Positions 28,701 through 42,455 of a stretch of 64,000 bases of DNA are shown piece by piece (position 1 is the first letter of the stretch; the number at the start of each line of letters is the position of its first letter). The position numbers and the translations under genes are program-made. Origin of the DNA: Lingula anatina (taxonomy: Eukaryota; Animalia; Brachiopoda). The stretch lies in the NCBI GenBank assembly GCA_051362555.1, contig CM120644.1, positions 18,126,534 through 18,190,533 of the forward strand. The letters run 5' to 3'. The notes under the pieces were generated by a model. It searched no databases and was not told the DNA's origin. It worked only from the letters and a program-made list of their open reading frames with translations.

Positions 28701-29818
28701 CAGACGAGTACGACTCACGCGTGTTTGGTTAAGGCTTGGCTTGATACTAAATGGAGGATGGGTTACTTTTTCTTCTTTTTTTAAATTTATAATTTCTTTT
28801 TTTTTTGGGGAGGGGGGGGGGAGGTGGTCCCCTTTCATCATCGGTCTCTCAAATTCGCCATGAATGTTGCTGCAAAGTGGTGAAGAAGGCCGCATTCAAA
28901 ACAGCGAACTTACTAGTCCTCGGATCAAATGTGGCGCCCCATTGAAAAGCTTGCCATCGTATCTCCTAATAGACACTGAGCAGATTCCCCTTGGGGATTA
29001 CGCAACATTCGCGGATCTGTTAGCACGCTGCCGTGAATGCGGCCACAGTGACCTCGATGGTCCCTCGAAACCACCTTTTTTGATCCACAATACATTTTAT
29101 CGGTTGCCAAAGAATACATGTTTTGAATACAAGTGGGGCTGTTCACAACAGTCGCAAATATCTTGCACCCAGAGACCATCGGTAGAGGTGTCATTTTGGA
29201 GTGCAATTGTCTCACAAGTCGCTTGCTGTCCAACAGGTTTCACAGGTGGTAGTAGAATCTTAAGTCAATCGGCAATGCTTACCTTTAAGGTTATATTTCA
29301 TCTGCAAGCATTACAAAGATTGAGCTCTTGTTATTTTGTGATGGTTTCTTATTACGACTACTCTAATTGGTATAATCAGACTCAATTTGTCCTTTGTCAT
29401 TGGCAACCTTGCAGGGTCTTCAACAGCCACCAAGTTTAACTACATCGCAACCACTGGATATTGGCTTGTCAAGATATTATTGATGTTTCCGCAGGAACCT
29501 GATCCGAACATTGGCGGTCTTTAAGAGCTACATTCAGCAGCTGTATTGCAGCTACTAAGGTGACATTTGAAAGTCCATTGTCATTTGGGAGTCTATCACG
29601 ACCTGTGAGTGTTGTGGAGATTATTGTTGGAGAGTGATTATTACTGGAGCGTGAAGTGAGACATGTGAGGTCTTGTTCCATCGTTATGATACTTCTGGCG
29701 AAAGTCACAGGTCGCAATATTTGTTTTTTGAACACTTTCATACACTTGTGAATCCCTAGGGTACCGTTGAGGAGTGATAGAGGGTATGAGAGAGGGAGAG
29801 AGAAAGAAAGAGCGACAG

Positions 29819-29855
<37 letters not shown>

Positions 29856-31815
29856 TTTTGTATGTCAGATAATAATCCAGGATAACAAAATCATCGCTGG
29901 TTACTTAACTTGCTCTGAGTAGGGAGGTGAACTGCATTCATATTCTTTGTCTAACGGTAAAAGGCATTTTGTCAGTCTAAGAATGTTCTCGTCTGATCAC
30001 ACCTTCCGTAAAACCATTAAGTAAAGAGAAATTTCATTAATTGTAATTGAACGCAATTCAGTTTGTGAAACTGATTTTTTGATAAATGACTCAAAGACCC
30101 CTGTCGGTGTTGGAACGCAATAGGATTTATTGCGTTCTGTCAATGTATGTTAAGACCTATTCGATTGTTTAATGGCATAATTGACGTAATAAAACGGTGC
30201 AGTGGAAATAGAAATAGTAACAGTTCAGACGAAAGTAGACGCGTGTATTGAAGCGATGTTTTATGTGGAAATACTAAGCTAAAAATGCAGTAGCTTACTC
30301 TACGGTATCCAAGTGTCGCTAGACACGGAGTTTAATGTTAGACTGTCCTTGAAATAGGTGCTTCTTAGATATGTCATATTGTTCAAAGTTCACGGACGAG
30401 ACGCTTGTCGTTTCCCATTTTTTAATGCCAGCTTATCCACGTAAGCCCTTTATTTTCTGGATAAAGTTACAGATATATAACTATGAGTAAAACTAATTGG
30501 TATGGATTGGTAACGCCAAAATAAAATGATGTCAGAAATATTGTTATGTAATGATACGTGCATGTATGTTCTCATTTTTTTTTGTATTTGTCTATCGATT
30601 GCACTACAGATTACACGCCAGAAACACCAAATCTTTATTTAGATTTTCGGATATATTGTTTTAGTAAAGCACTAATTTTGGATTGAAAAAAAAAGCAAAC
30701 GTGTTCTCTTAACCCCATTCTAACCTTTATCAATTTTTTACTCGGTACCTTTGACTTTCATTCACATTTCATTCAGAGAAAGATTACTACTAATTTCTCA
30801 CAGCAGTTTCGGAAACATTACTTCTGCTTCAATTTATCCTAGACATGATACTGTATCCTAAAAACTGCAGCGTGACCTTTCAGTCGTCTGCTTCTTTACG
30901 TTAATGCACTCATTCCAGAACTTAAAGTCACAAAACTTTTTACCTTTTTGCATGATGAGCGTTTAATTTTTTTCTCAGAAGACCAGAGGCAAAGTGAATT
31001 GAAAATATACGCTGGCGTGTTTCTTAAAATTGACGAAATGGACGCACTATTGGCATATTTGTAACACTGGAATGCCCGGAGCAATTTCCTCCATTACAAT
31101 TAAGATTCGCCGAAAGCAGATTACGTTCGCTGTGGAAATGCATAGAAAAATATTAACCAAACCACAGTAAGTAGAAATAATAACTTACCAAGGACAATTG
31201 GCTTTCCTTGTTAAATTCACCCCTCTTTGCATCTCCACTCGCATGGCTCTGTGAGTTTGACATACATGTAGATTGAAAATATCAAACAAAAATAGAATAA
31301 AAGACCGATTAATTCAAACACATGCCTACCACATAAGTAAAATGATACCATTGTGCACATATACAATTCTACATGCAGGCAACTAAAGCTACTGCGTTAT
31401 TTGAAATTACAGAGGAAATTAACTTGACTTAATTGTAACACTTTAACGCTTTGATGAAATTACCAATTTTTGGTGCCCATTTACCTTTGATGGGTTATAA
31501 TAAACTATACACAATAGGAACCCTCGTGTTTGTTAAGACTTCAATCAGATTGCAATAAACCAATCGCCTATGGCATTATTGCGTTGGATTTTTATGCAGC
31601 CCTGGCCTTTAAACTTAGTAACATTTCATCTTTACATTAAGACCTATCCTTTCCATCTGTGTCTAGGCCAAATGGCAGCTTTATCACCCAGGGTGTGTAG
31701 GGTTGCGCCCTATTCCCCTGCTTTAGTGCAAAAGCATTAAATTGCTGTACTATAAATAAGATGATGATTGGTTGGCGGTAATATATATAACGTAATGTTT
31801 TATCAATACTGGTAC

Positions 31816-31852
<37 letters not shown>

Positions 31853-32801
31853 ACCTAGGTCTAAAATATAATTGGCGTAATGTTTCTCTCTCTCTCTGTT
31901 TTTAATATTTGACGGCAGACAGCAAAGGTGGAGTAAATTAATACCTTTGCGTCTAATTGATGACGTACATGTAAGCCGGTATCCAGAGCTCAAGGATATA
32001 TAAATACACTTTACACAGCTCAAAGCACAATGTTTCAACATTTCATTTAAAATTGACCACACCTACCACGTTCATTGTGATGCATTGAGCTTCACTTGTA
32101 AACTAGATAAATACCATGTCAGTTGAGCTGTTCCAAGACACATGACAAGTAAGTATGGCCTACACTTTTATGACAAATGTTTCAAAATAACTTTGCTGTT
32201 ACCATAATAAATCCTAATCGCATATGAAAATTTACAAATAAAAAAAAGATCCAACTTTTAATCCAGATAATACCACGTGACTTTGTAATCCTAAATTTTA
32301 TAAACGGCAATTCCTTAATGCTTTGCGCGGCAAATTCAAATTCACGTGTAAAGTCAAGCTTTGTCAGAACAACATATCAGTATACATGCATATAATGTGG
32401 ACAACAGCAAAACAATTAAAAATCCTATTACCAATAACGACAATGGAGTTTATAGTCTCCACAAAGACCCGATCATCTTCCTAGTCTCTCGAGTAGATAT
32501 CCACTAGTGCTATGTCAGATATACATGCAAAGGAAAGTCTCCAATCTACGCACAGACTGTTTTACCCACAACCTTATGTGCCCAGGCCCCAGTTTCATAA
32601 TAAAAAAGTCAGGTTCCCTAGCTAAGAACTTAATTGCCAAGGTTACATGGTCACAGCTTACCCTTTCGGGAGCAGTGTAACATCACTCTCATGGAAATCC
32701 TAGTCAACGAAGCCAGGGAACTGACTTAAGTTTGGTGCCAGCGCCCGTCTGCCTAGGTGGGTCAACGGCCAAACTCTACCCGCCGTTCTTCATCATTACT
32801 G

Positions 32802-32947
32802 GGCTCCGTATCTCGAAAGGTTCGCTATGTTGCGCACATGCGCAAGTGTCTCGATTCCATAACCGATTCTATTTCGAGATACGGGGAAATGGAATCTAGA
32901 CACTTGCGCACGTGCGCAACATGGCGAATCTTTCGAGATACGGGGCC
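32802..32947. mobile_element. Near-perfect palindromic MITE with CTG TSD (PIF/Harbinger-like)
   Basis: CTG|GGCTCCGTATCTCGAAAG..TTGCGCACATGCGCAAGTGTCT / AGACACTTGCGCACGTGCGCAA..CTTTCGAGATACGGGGCC|CTG. Confidence 0.85.
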
Positions 32948-33941
32948 CTGGTGGACCTGGCATTTCTCTGTTGTGACTTGGATGCGGTAGTTGCGCCGAC
33001 AAATTACAGAAATCGTACGGCTTTGAATTTTACAGCACGAATCGCTGAGGTATATGCCATGTAAACGAGAGCGAAGAGCGAGTGGATGCCCTATACACTG
33101 TCTGACCCCGAATTTTGCTGAGGGGGGTAAGGTTAAAAAAGGCAATTTTTATACCTTTTAATGGTAACATTTTTAAATGCGAGGGGGAAGGGGGGCGAAG
33201 GTGAAGAGAATTTTTTCTGTCCCATGAAGTGGATACAACTATTATGGCGCAAATATAGAATGACGAATACCAGCATATTAAGGAAGAACAAATTATTAAA
33301 CTAAATGTAGATTTGAAGTGCATCTGCAACTTAGATTGTAACGAAGGACACGACACAATGTCTGATGATCTCTCTACAGTTACTCAAGGTAATATCAACT
33401 GCATTACTACAGTAGTTTAATCTACAAATGCGGTAGCTGTGACGACAAACAGTCGATTTTGAATTTTATCACGGTATCTCAGCGAATCGTGTGTCTTAAC
33501 TGCATGCAAACGTTGTTTCACTCACACCGTGCTAAATTCTTGTATACTTATCTACATGTATGACTGGAAGTTCATGGATTTTATGTCTCTTAATTGTCAA
33601 GGTTCTTAAAATTTAGAAGCCCTGCTATTGTTGATTCGCTTGTGCTGAAGAGTGATACTCAATACATCAACAAAACTATTCGTTCTACCATAAATGCAAT
33701 CAATAATCTAACTCTTGTCGATGCTTGGCAATCTCATTTTATTCAAACCACCAACGAGGCATTTTTTAGAAAACACCATCAAAATCAATGGTTTATATGT
33801 ATTCGTAACATGTGCAGAGCCGTTACCAAAACACCCTGTTTTTTCAAGGTATTTTGCATAGTACACATACCCATTATTACCTTAGGGCAAGCAGGGTAAA
33901 GTCAGTGCTCTAAACTTCAGGGTGTCTTTAATGTGGTCAGT

Positions 33942-36770
33942 CTACTGGCGAGTACATTTACAATGAGTGGGAGGACAGTAGCCTGCCATACAGTTGTTCC
34001 TGCACCAAGTCTTCATGCCGAAGCGTATAGCCTGAGGACCCACCCACTCACACACCAAGCGTCCTTTGTTGGGCTTGGCAGGTCGCTTGGTTGTAGTTGG
34101 TTCGGGAGTAGTTACTTTTGCTGCTGTTGGTTTTACGGTGGTAGTCGGTTTCTCCGTGGTGGTCGTGGTAGTAGATGGAGTGGTTGGTTTCATGGTTGTT
34201 GTTGGTTCTTGCGTAGTAGTCGGTTTCTCCTTGGTAGTGGTGGTCGTAGATGGAGTGGTTGGTTTCATGGTTGTTGTTGGTTCTTGTGTGGTAGTCGGTT
34301 TCTCCGTGGTGGTGGTGGTGGTAGATGGAGTAGTAGGTTCCACTGTCGTAGTTGGTTTTTCAGTGGTAGTCGGTTTCTCCGTAGTTGTGGTAGTTGAGAA
34401 AGTAGTAGTAGGTTCCACTGTTGTCGGTTTTGGGGTGGCAGGCGGTTTTTCAGTGGGAAGAGTAGTCGTTGCAGTGGTAGTGGTAGGGAGTGTATTGGAA
34501 CCTGTGACACTGGGAACGGACACTGTAGTTGTTGAAGGTGTATTTGTGGTTGAGGTAGAGGGCTCTACGGTGGAAGACGCAGCTGTAGATGGCACCGCGC
34601 TGGTGGACAAGTTGCCTGTAAATGACCCGCTGTCATCAGCGACTGAAATAAGAAATAGGCTTAAAACATACTGCATCTAGACCAAACTGATATCTAATCA
34701 ATTACTGATATTACGATTCCGGTGGCAAAGACAACGTCCATGTACATTGTCCCTGCACAAACGATTGTCTTATTAAAGTAGGTGAAAAAAGGCTTACGTG
34801 ATATGTTTCAATTATCTCACGCACCACGTACAGTATATCCGTCACACAATGTCCGTAACACTATGTCCGTAACACTACAGTGTATGTGCACAACAAGGAA
34901 AATGTAACATTATAAATACCTATGGCAACGTCCGCGCAGTTGATAAACTCTTCCTGTGGACCACAGCCAGTACAAGCACGACCAGTATCTGGGTCAGTGC
35001 CCCAGCTATTACCTAGAAAAGTTGGAAAAGAAGCAGGTTTGATGAGAGAACGTATGGAATGGCACAGCTAGAGAAGGTTCGTATCCTGAGGGTGGCTGGG
35101 GTAGGGGGGTTGAGACATTTCACTCCCATATTCCAGACAGTTATATACCCCTTACTGTGTTAATTCCAGCGGATTGCTTTACCGTATGGAAATGTGGACG
35201 TTTTGTAAATGCGCCTTGCTGACAATTCAAAAATAACCATATTGCGTCATTTTGCGTCACCAGGCAATGCAGCTTTGCCAACGAGATAGCTTTCGATATT
35301 CAGAAATATATGTTGTTAATAATGTTATTTTTAACAAAACAACTCCTGAAATGATTTTAAAATCAAGACTTCCTGTATGTAGATTAAGTATTGTTCGTAA
35401 CGAAATTTTACACCATGCAAAACGATGGAATGCATAAATATAACTCACACTTTCATATAAAAGGAGAAAATGGACCCCTACCTGTATGGTATTTCCACTG
35501 CATAACGCACTGAGAACACACCATGCCAGCCGGCAGCTTGTACTTCATCTTGTAGACACTGGCGCCACCTGTGATAGGGAACCGCACACCACTGTCGTCT
35601 GCTCGCTGTAGAGGCAGAATGATTTGAAAGAAAAAACGTTCTAAGATAATTACATAAGGACTTGGTGTTCTCGGGATTTATTTATACACTGTGCGTAATT
35701 TTAACCCGGTGTTTAATTACAAGCATTTAAATCGTTGAAATATGCTGCTTATTGTACCGTTATGGGACATATAAAAATCGTGATTGGTTATTGCACATAA
35801 TAGTTTACAACAGTAACAAGTAGAATGTCACTATCAGTACGCACGTCGAAAAAGCCGATGTGAATGGAAAGTAAGTTAAGCAATCATACTGATGAGAGCG
35901 GATGGGAGGGTGTGTGGAAGGAAATGTCCTTACCCTCAATACGTGTTTATCCAAACATTCCTGGCTAGCAGGTGTGTTGGGATCATTATGAGGGCAAATC
36001 CTGAACTCGAAATATCCCAGATGAGCCGCAGTCAACTCCACAGCTATATCGATGACGTCTTCTGATTGGTAGGTGCGCACGATGGTGCCGGTTGCGTAGG
36101 GACCGCCCGCTTCATGATCACGTGGTCCGTCATACGGGTCACCACAGATGCCACATTTCCCGCCATTTGTTACCCATTGTCTCTGAAAAGTAAATGATAA
36201 ATAAAGTAAATAAACAAAGGAGACAGCAATCAAACAGAAATAAACAGAAGTGACATTTACTTCTGTCTTTTCCCTCTCAACATCCGGGCCTTTCATTTGG
36301 ACAATTTTCTGTATTACAGTCATTTTGATTTATCTCGATTGTACGTATTTTGCTTTACTTTCATGTAGTCTGTCAAAAACATCAAAAGTGCATTAGAATG
36401 AGGTTCCCAAAACAGTTTATTTCCCGAATTCTGATTTCATATAAACATGGGCGGAGGCCTTAATCCAACTTTGTAACTCAGAGACCAGGTTCCTATGCGA
36501 TACAAAGTGCAACAAATACTATACAGGGACAAAATTTATATTTCTTTTGTTATTCCAATAAAAAAGTAAAATAAATTAAAGATATCATGTGACACGTCCA
36601 CGTACCCTGGAGCCTCCGCAAAACAGTCCATGGTCGTTGGTGTTGGTTGGCGTTTTGAACCCGTATCTCCACGCGCTATTCCGGGAAGGAGGATCGATTA
36701 AACGCCCGTGACCAGACACCTCAGCGGTGACAAGAAACCCGACCAGAGCAAGAAGCAGTAAGTCTGACAT
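33942..36770 (-). CDS. AA15-family lytic polysaccharide monooxygenase (chitin-active type), secreted, 5 exons, ~443 aa, with Thr/Pro-rich linker and C-terminal 6-Cys module
   Basis: Exons read by hand on the minus strand: 36770-36606, 36182-35934, 35605-35482, 35012-34920, 34642-33942. All introns are GT-AG with matching phases (0,0,1,1); total 1332 nt. Signal peptide MSDLLLLALVGFLVTAEVSG is followed by His1 (HGRLIDPPSRNSAWR), then LFCGG, KCGICGDPY, second brace His in LTAAHLGYFEFRIC, CSQCVMQWKYHTGNSWG, and GCGPQEEFINCADV with the axial Phe. These are hallmark AA15 motifs. Confidence 0.93.
34090..34560 (-). repeat. Coding tandem repeats forming a mucin-like Thr/Pro linker (TTTTTEKPTTT[Q/E][E/K]PTTT[M/V][K/E]PTTPS) in LPMO exon 5
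   Basis: About four imperfect repeats are visible in the 33942..34676 minus-strand translation. Confidence 0.85.
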
Positions 36771-36956
36771 TGCAAAGACACTGGTGACCACGCAATGTGC
36801 GGTATACTCGGTTGACTTACAAGCTCCAACTGAGAAGGTTATCTTTTGGGTTAGGATTTAAAGGATCGTTTGGTCACGACTTGCCACCTTTGCAATGGTG
36901 GGTGGTCCAGGTACTACATGTAGTGGAGGTGTAAAGCACACATGATGTGGCGAGTT

Positions 36957-37066
36957 CAGGGACAGATCCAGGGTTATTTGAAGGGGGTCTGCGGATTCGA
37001 AGCCGACCCCCTCCCCTTGGTTAGGGTTTCAGGCCCTCCCTTACACCCCCCCTAAACCCGCCGCTG
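36957..37066. mobile_element. Short copy of the same hAT-like MITE with 5-bp TSD GAGTT, ~190 bp upstream of the LPMO ATG
   Basis: GAGTT|CAGGGACAGATCCAGGGTTATTTGAAGGGG...ACCCGCCGCTG|GAGTT; matches the reverse complement of 18640-18675. Confidence 0.7.
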
Positions 37067-38571
37067 GAGTTGTTTTAATGACGCATGACAGTACTTGGTC
37101 CCCATCATTTACATTCTGTCTCCACATATTACAAAATATAAGGAACCAGTCTTGTAATATCAGGGTCAAGCTAAAAACTTTTCAATTACCCCTCGTTATC
37201 TCCCTCTTGTACATGTGGCAGTCGGAGACTCAGGAACTAACGTGTGAACGGAACATGAGGTGCTTATCTAATCTCGGTCAAGGTCTCACATTCTCAAACG
37301 TAAAGGTCAACTCGAGGTCAAGGCGATCCGCTCTGCACTTAGATTCGATGTCTTACAAAGGGGTGGATTAAAGCCGTCTAGATCTTATGGAAGACGGTCA
37401 GAATTTTTAAGTTTACATTGACGGGTATCTAATTTTTTTTGTCAGAAGAGGATCGAAATTTTAGGATGGATTAAAAAAGACAATTTGGAAGACTGTCAGT
37501 AAATATATCTGGAGCTGACCCTGTTATTCCATGTGAAATTTAATAATTTAATTCTTAAAGACTGGCGTTCTTCTTTGATCTTCACCGGACATGTTCAAGA
37601 TTCCACTTCACAACAGAAAAAAATGGCATGGTGTTTTTGTAACGCAGCCCTGTTAAATGTGTATAACATATGGTTTTTATATATATAGTGAAACATGCAA
37701 AACAAAACGATAGTTTTGTTTGTACCCTGCATTATCTGAGACTTGAAATTTCAGTTTTTCTCTATACGTAAGGTATATTTTCAGGTAGCAATTATAAAAG
37801 AGCCTGGAGTGAAAACAATACCTATCTTGTATGCTTTGCAAAGGAAGACAATGCTGGTATGATGCGCACATGATATTATAATAAACTTTGATCCCACATA
37901 TTATCACCTATAGTGGTACTTCTACGGTCCATATATATACATACATGCGTGCTTTAATTGACTGATCACAACTAAGAAATTAACGTTATTGTCTTATAAA
38001 TGTTATCGGTGCGATTTCCGTATGTTCGTTCTTCATGGCCATTTATTTTGCAGGTAGTGAATTGTTTGTACAGTATATTTACTCGCTGGCTATTCAGACT
38101 CGTAACCAATGAGTCATTCGACATATAGTTTAGTTCATTTCACTGTAACATATGCAACCGCTTGTGTGTATGAAAATGACAATATGAATACAATTTTTGT
38201 GAATATGTTATTAAACAATCACAATGAGTAAGAATATTTACTTATTTACTATTTAAAAAAAGTTTCTATTACTACTATTACTCAATTGCCGATGAGTGCA
38301 GCACTGTCTTGTAGATCCCTCCTAGCAAAAGCGGAGGAGAGAAACTGAGCTAGTGCAATAAGGGTTTCTTTTTCTTGACATTTCATAATTATAGTAAATT
38401 TTTCATATATGTAATCTAATGTGCGTCTTAATTAGCTGTGGCAGATGTTGAACATATCATCTACATAGGCCTACTGGTATCTCAACCACAGACGTGAGGG
38501 ATTGGGCAGGATCCCAATACGGCTTCCTCAAAGTTCTCCGTATACAGATTGGTCACAATTAATTTTAATTG

Positions 38572-38618
<47 letters not shown>

Positions 38619-38645
38619 TTAAAGTCTAAATTCCGTAAAAGTTAA

Positions 38646-38982
38646 AGGGATAATAACTCTTAGATTGAGATCTATATTTCACAATAAAAACATTGTGAAT
38701 AACTCATAAAAATATAATATATTCTGTTTTACCACAAAAACGGCAGTTATAGCTATTATTCTGATATATGAGCTTGTCTTTAGACCACGTGACCTCTATT
38801 GATGGCTATACTCTGCTAAAATCTCTTAGGAGATTTTAACAAAAAAACAAACTTTTTAGAAAAAACCAGGGACTAACTTTGAATGTAAAAATGGATTCAT
38901 TAACCATTGGTAAGTGTGGGAAAATTGTTGTTTACTCCAGGAAAATTCATTTTTTTGGCCAAAACGAAGAGTTATTATCCCT
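38646..38982 (-). mobile_element. Kolobok-like MITE, inverted copy of 12349-12684
   Basis: Closely similar reverse complement of 12349-12684, with the same TIRs. Confidence 0.85.
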
Positions 38983-39864
38983 TAAAGAAAACTTTACAAT
39001 GATAAAATGATAAAATTTAGCATTAAAAAAACATAGCTAAAACATCAAATTAAAGGTAAACTTCAAATTACATTAACAGTTTTATACTTAAAACAACTTC
39101 AACTGCAAATGTATATTTAAGGTGCTTGATTTTTATACAGGTGAACTAGTATTTCAAAATCAAATTTATTTGTTGGGAAATTACTGTTGAGCTTTTCCGT
39201 TGATTCAAATACACTGTGCGCAGAATGAAGGACCAATCAATACAAATGTCACAGGATGTATAAAAGAATATTTTTCAATACTTGAAGCATTCACTACAAA
39301 AACTAGAATTCAAAAACCAAGATTAAAAATGCTTATATGAAACGGAAACCATAACTTCTGAAGAATGTCCAAAAGCAAAGCGCGATTAAAGGGCGTACTT
39401 AGGCCCCATTCAGAATAGGGGTCTAACTATGCCGAGGGTTAAATAAGGCCGACCCACTTGAATACTTCCCCACGAGATTCAGTGTCTATTAGCAGAATAG
39501 ACGGCAAACTTTTTAGTAGGTCACCATATTTTTCCCTCTGATTAGTCAGTCCTCTATTCCAAATGGCGTCGACGCACAGATCAACTACGACAGTAATACG
39601 AACCTCAATTGAGAAATGCCAGAGTAGTAACCGTTTATTCAATATTAAATAGATAATCATAAACCTGATCATAGGTCAAACCTTTCAATCTCAAGCGCCA
39701 AAAATGTACCCCGTTCTGAATAATGTTCAAAGTGAAAGTGCTGAGTTAATGATGCCCAGTTCCACTGCAACTATGATTCTGAGTTCAAATAAGAAAAATC
39801 AGAAAAGTCCTCGTTTAATCGAAGCCAAATGGATAACCATCGACTTTGTTGCTCGCTAGATCCT

Positions 39865-41904
39865 TCATTTTCTATCTCGGGAGCCGAAAAAATATGCGGC
39901 GGAGTCGGCAACCTGGTCGTAGGTAAAATGATTTATCCCATATGTGAACTCCTTAGCATCAATGATGTTATCACCATCACGGTCAGTGACGTTGAAAATG
40001 ACTTCATTGTCAGCCGTATTGCGAAATATATCAAGGAATTTAGAGTATTCATTGAGGGTTAACTTTTCACTGCAGTCGACGTCAACAATATGAAAAGCGT
40101 CCAACGCCGATTCGACTAATTGATTATTTGTTAAGTCGATGTCCTTTTTCAAAGACTCAACCCAGTCCTCAAATGAAATGGATGTCTTATAGTCGGTGTA
40201 TTCATTTGACCACCATGTGTGATACCCCATGGTCATAACACCATATACTGCTTTAGCTCTCCATGATGGCAAAACACGTTTGGCACGTTCGGTTGTCGCA
40301 CCGATGTGCTCCTCTTCTGTGACATTTCCGTCTTGGTTGACGTCCAAGGCGTCAAAGTGCTTTTTGAACTTAGCTACCCGATATCGGGTAAAGTCTTCAT
40401 TGTTGTCCTGTTTTATCTGAATTTCAAATCGTTTTATTTAAAACCCACCACTGAAATAACTGATTTTAATCTTAAAATATTTATATTAAAAGACAAGGAA
40501 CACGCAATATGATATTTTTGCATTTGATTTCTTACAAAATGTGTTTTATTTTCCATGCCCCTTACTGATGTTGGTAATTGTATGCATTTTGCTCACAATA
40601 ATTCAGGGCCACCCCAGGAATGGTAGTCCCCTTGGCGACCGTAGTACGGGTGAAATAAACTTACCGCAATATTCGACTAACCTGAACCTGCACTAATCAT
40701 ACAGACTTGACACTTGATTAATTCCAGTTTCGAAGGTATTCCTAGATAAAAATGCGTTCTTAAAAAAAAAAAAACGATCTCATATAAGATATGTGAATGG
40801 AGAAGTGTGAAGTCAGGTGTGTCGCTTTCAATTAACTCACTACCAGGTTTGTTGCGTTGCTGCATTATGTACTCGTAATATGCAATGATTTAATTGGGTA
40901 GTGCTCCTTTGGGCAGGTCAAAGCTTGGCTTTCATGGCAAAGCATGTCTCTATCAAAAAAGTATCCATATGTCGGCAACTACTGCACAGAAGAATTTGAA
41001 ATTTCGCATGCAAGTGGTCGGTTCTGAAGTGTATAAAATATGAGTCATGCAGTGCTTTACACAATTGTAAATCTGTGGCAGAATGGCGCGAAAACGACAG
41101 ACATTGCCAGACAGATTATTGCGCTAAACGGAACCTATCCCTAGGAATGCCTTGCCACTTGAGAGCGCTGGTAGTAGCCAGAAGAAGTCAGGCGTAACAG
41201 CGACCGTTACTGTGACTAGACACTGACATGAGGGTCCTTAGTCGAGCGTGTAACCCTTTTACAGACAATAATTAGGAAAATATGGAGATTCAAAATATCT
41301 CTTTCAATGGTTGTCGTATGACATAGAATAGGCAATGTGTTTTTGTTTGTTTCTCTGGCGAATTCCATTAATGAACTGATGTCACAACGACATCAAAGAG
41401 ATAATTAAAAGTTATAAAACACGATTTTAATCCTTATTTTCATATATCAGTCAGCAAAATAGGAAAAAAACTGATGAAAATAGATTTGGAAAAAAATATT
41501 CCATATTAAATGTCACGTCTGTATAAGACTGGGTTCCTAAAGATATAGATCTATCCATCTGGATCGACCTAACTCCCTGAGGGTTCACGCTAAATTGCTG
41601 TCAGCTTCCGAGAGCCGAGCGCGCACAGAAGTTAATTACCACTTCATTTACCGGGACAGACATTGACAGCAATCTAGTGAGACTCCCCAGGGGGATAGAT
41701 CGATCGAAATGTCTGTGGGAATGGTGTCTAAGATCCTTGACTTCCATTCCTAGGACTACCATTCCTGTTACACCAGTTTTGACTTGGCTATGGCATCTCA
41801 AAGGAAGAAAAAAGAGTATCCAGGTTTACCTTCTCTCCATACGATAAATCATATGTTGGAACAATCACAATTAACATCAGGATTCCAAATTCGATAGAAA
41901 ACAT
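39865..41904 (-). CDS. Secreted EF-hand protein, SCP/coelenterazine-binding-protein/aequorin superfamily, copy 1 (~208 aa)
   Basis: Exon 41904-41830 encodes MFSIEFGILMLIVIVPTYDLSYGEK (donor GTAAAC). Exon 40416-39865 (acceptor ttcag) encodes IKQDNNEDFTRYRVAKFKKHFDALDVNQDGNVTEEE...DVDCSEKLTLNE...DRDGDNIIDAKE...FFGSRDRK. Three EF loops with EF-II degenerate, and an SCP-like C-terminus. Confidence 0.85.
41527..41728. mobile_element. MITE family A, copy 5 (TAA TSD), in the intron of EF-hand copy 1
   Basis: TAA|GACTGGGTTCC...GGGAATGGTGTC|TAA; similar to 6430-6655. Confidence 0.75.
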
Positions 41905-42197
41905 CCTTATAAATTGTTGGTTATCCACTATTCTGTAAAAAGCAAATTAATCAAGAATAACAAAAAAGTCCCATGAATATCAAGATGATTAATGTGGTGG
42001 ACTTATGCAAACTGCCAGCTTCAAGTGTTCAAAACAACTAAATCCCTATAGGTTATGAAGGGGTTGAGGGTTAAGACTTGATAGGATTTTTATATACGAC
42101 AAATACCGGGGTAAGCATTTATAATCCGAATGTAACATTTCTAGAAAGTTGGAATCTGCAAAACCGACATCTCAAATTCTCAAATAAACGTGACTAA

Positions 42198-42455
42198 GAC
42201 TGGGTTCCCATACCTAGAACGATCGAACATGATTGATCCATCTCCGAGAGGCTTGTCGCTGAATTGCTTTCAGCATAAGCGCCTTAGATGTCTGGCACGC
42301 CTATTGAAGCTGCTAAACGATAATAACTTACACCCCAGAAACTTCAGTGGGTGTGACAGGTATCTAAGCCACTTAAGCTGATTGCAATTTAGCGAGAATC
42401 CCCTCGTAGATAGATCGTTCCACGGTTAGTGCGATAGGGTCTTAGAATAGTTCCT
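42198..42455. mobile_element. MITE family A, copy 6
   Basis: Similar to 6100-6359. Confidence 0.7.

Noticed and set aside
28864-29439. 191-aa plus-strand ORF
   Set aside because: Overlaps a family-C MITE; no domain features.
34066-34680. 204-aa Val/Gly-rich plus-strand ORF, and the 33933..34397 ORF
   Set aside because: Antisense shadow of the Thr/Pro linker of the LPMO.
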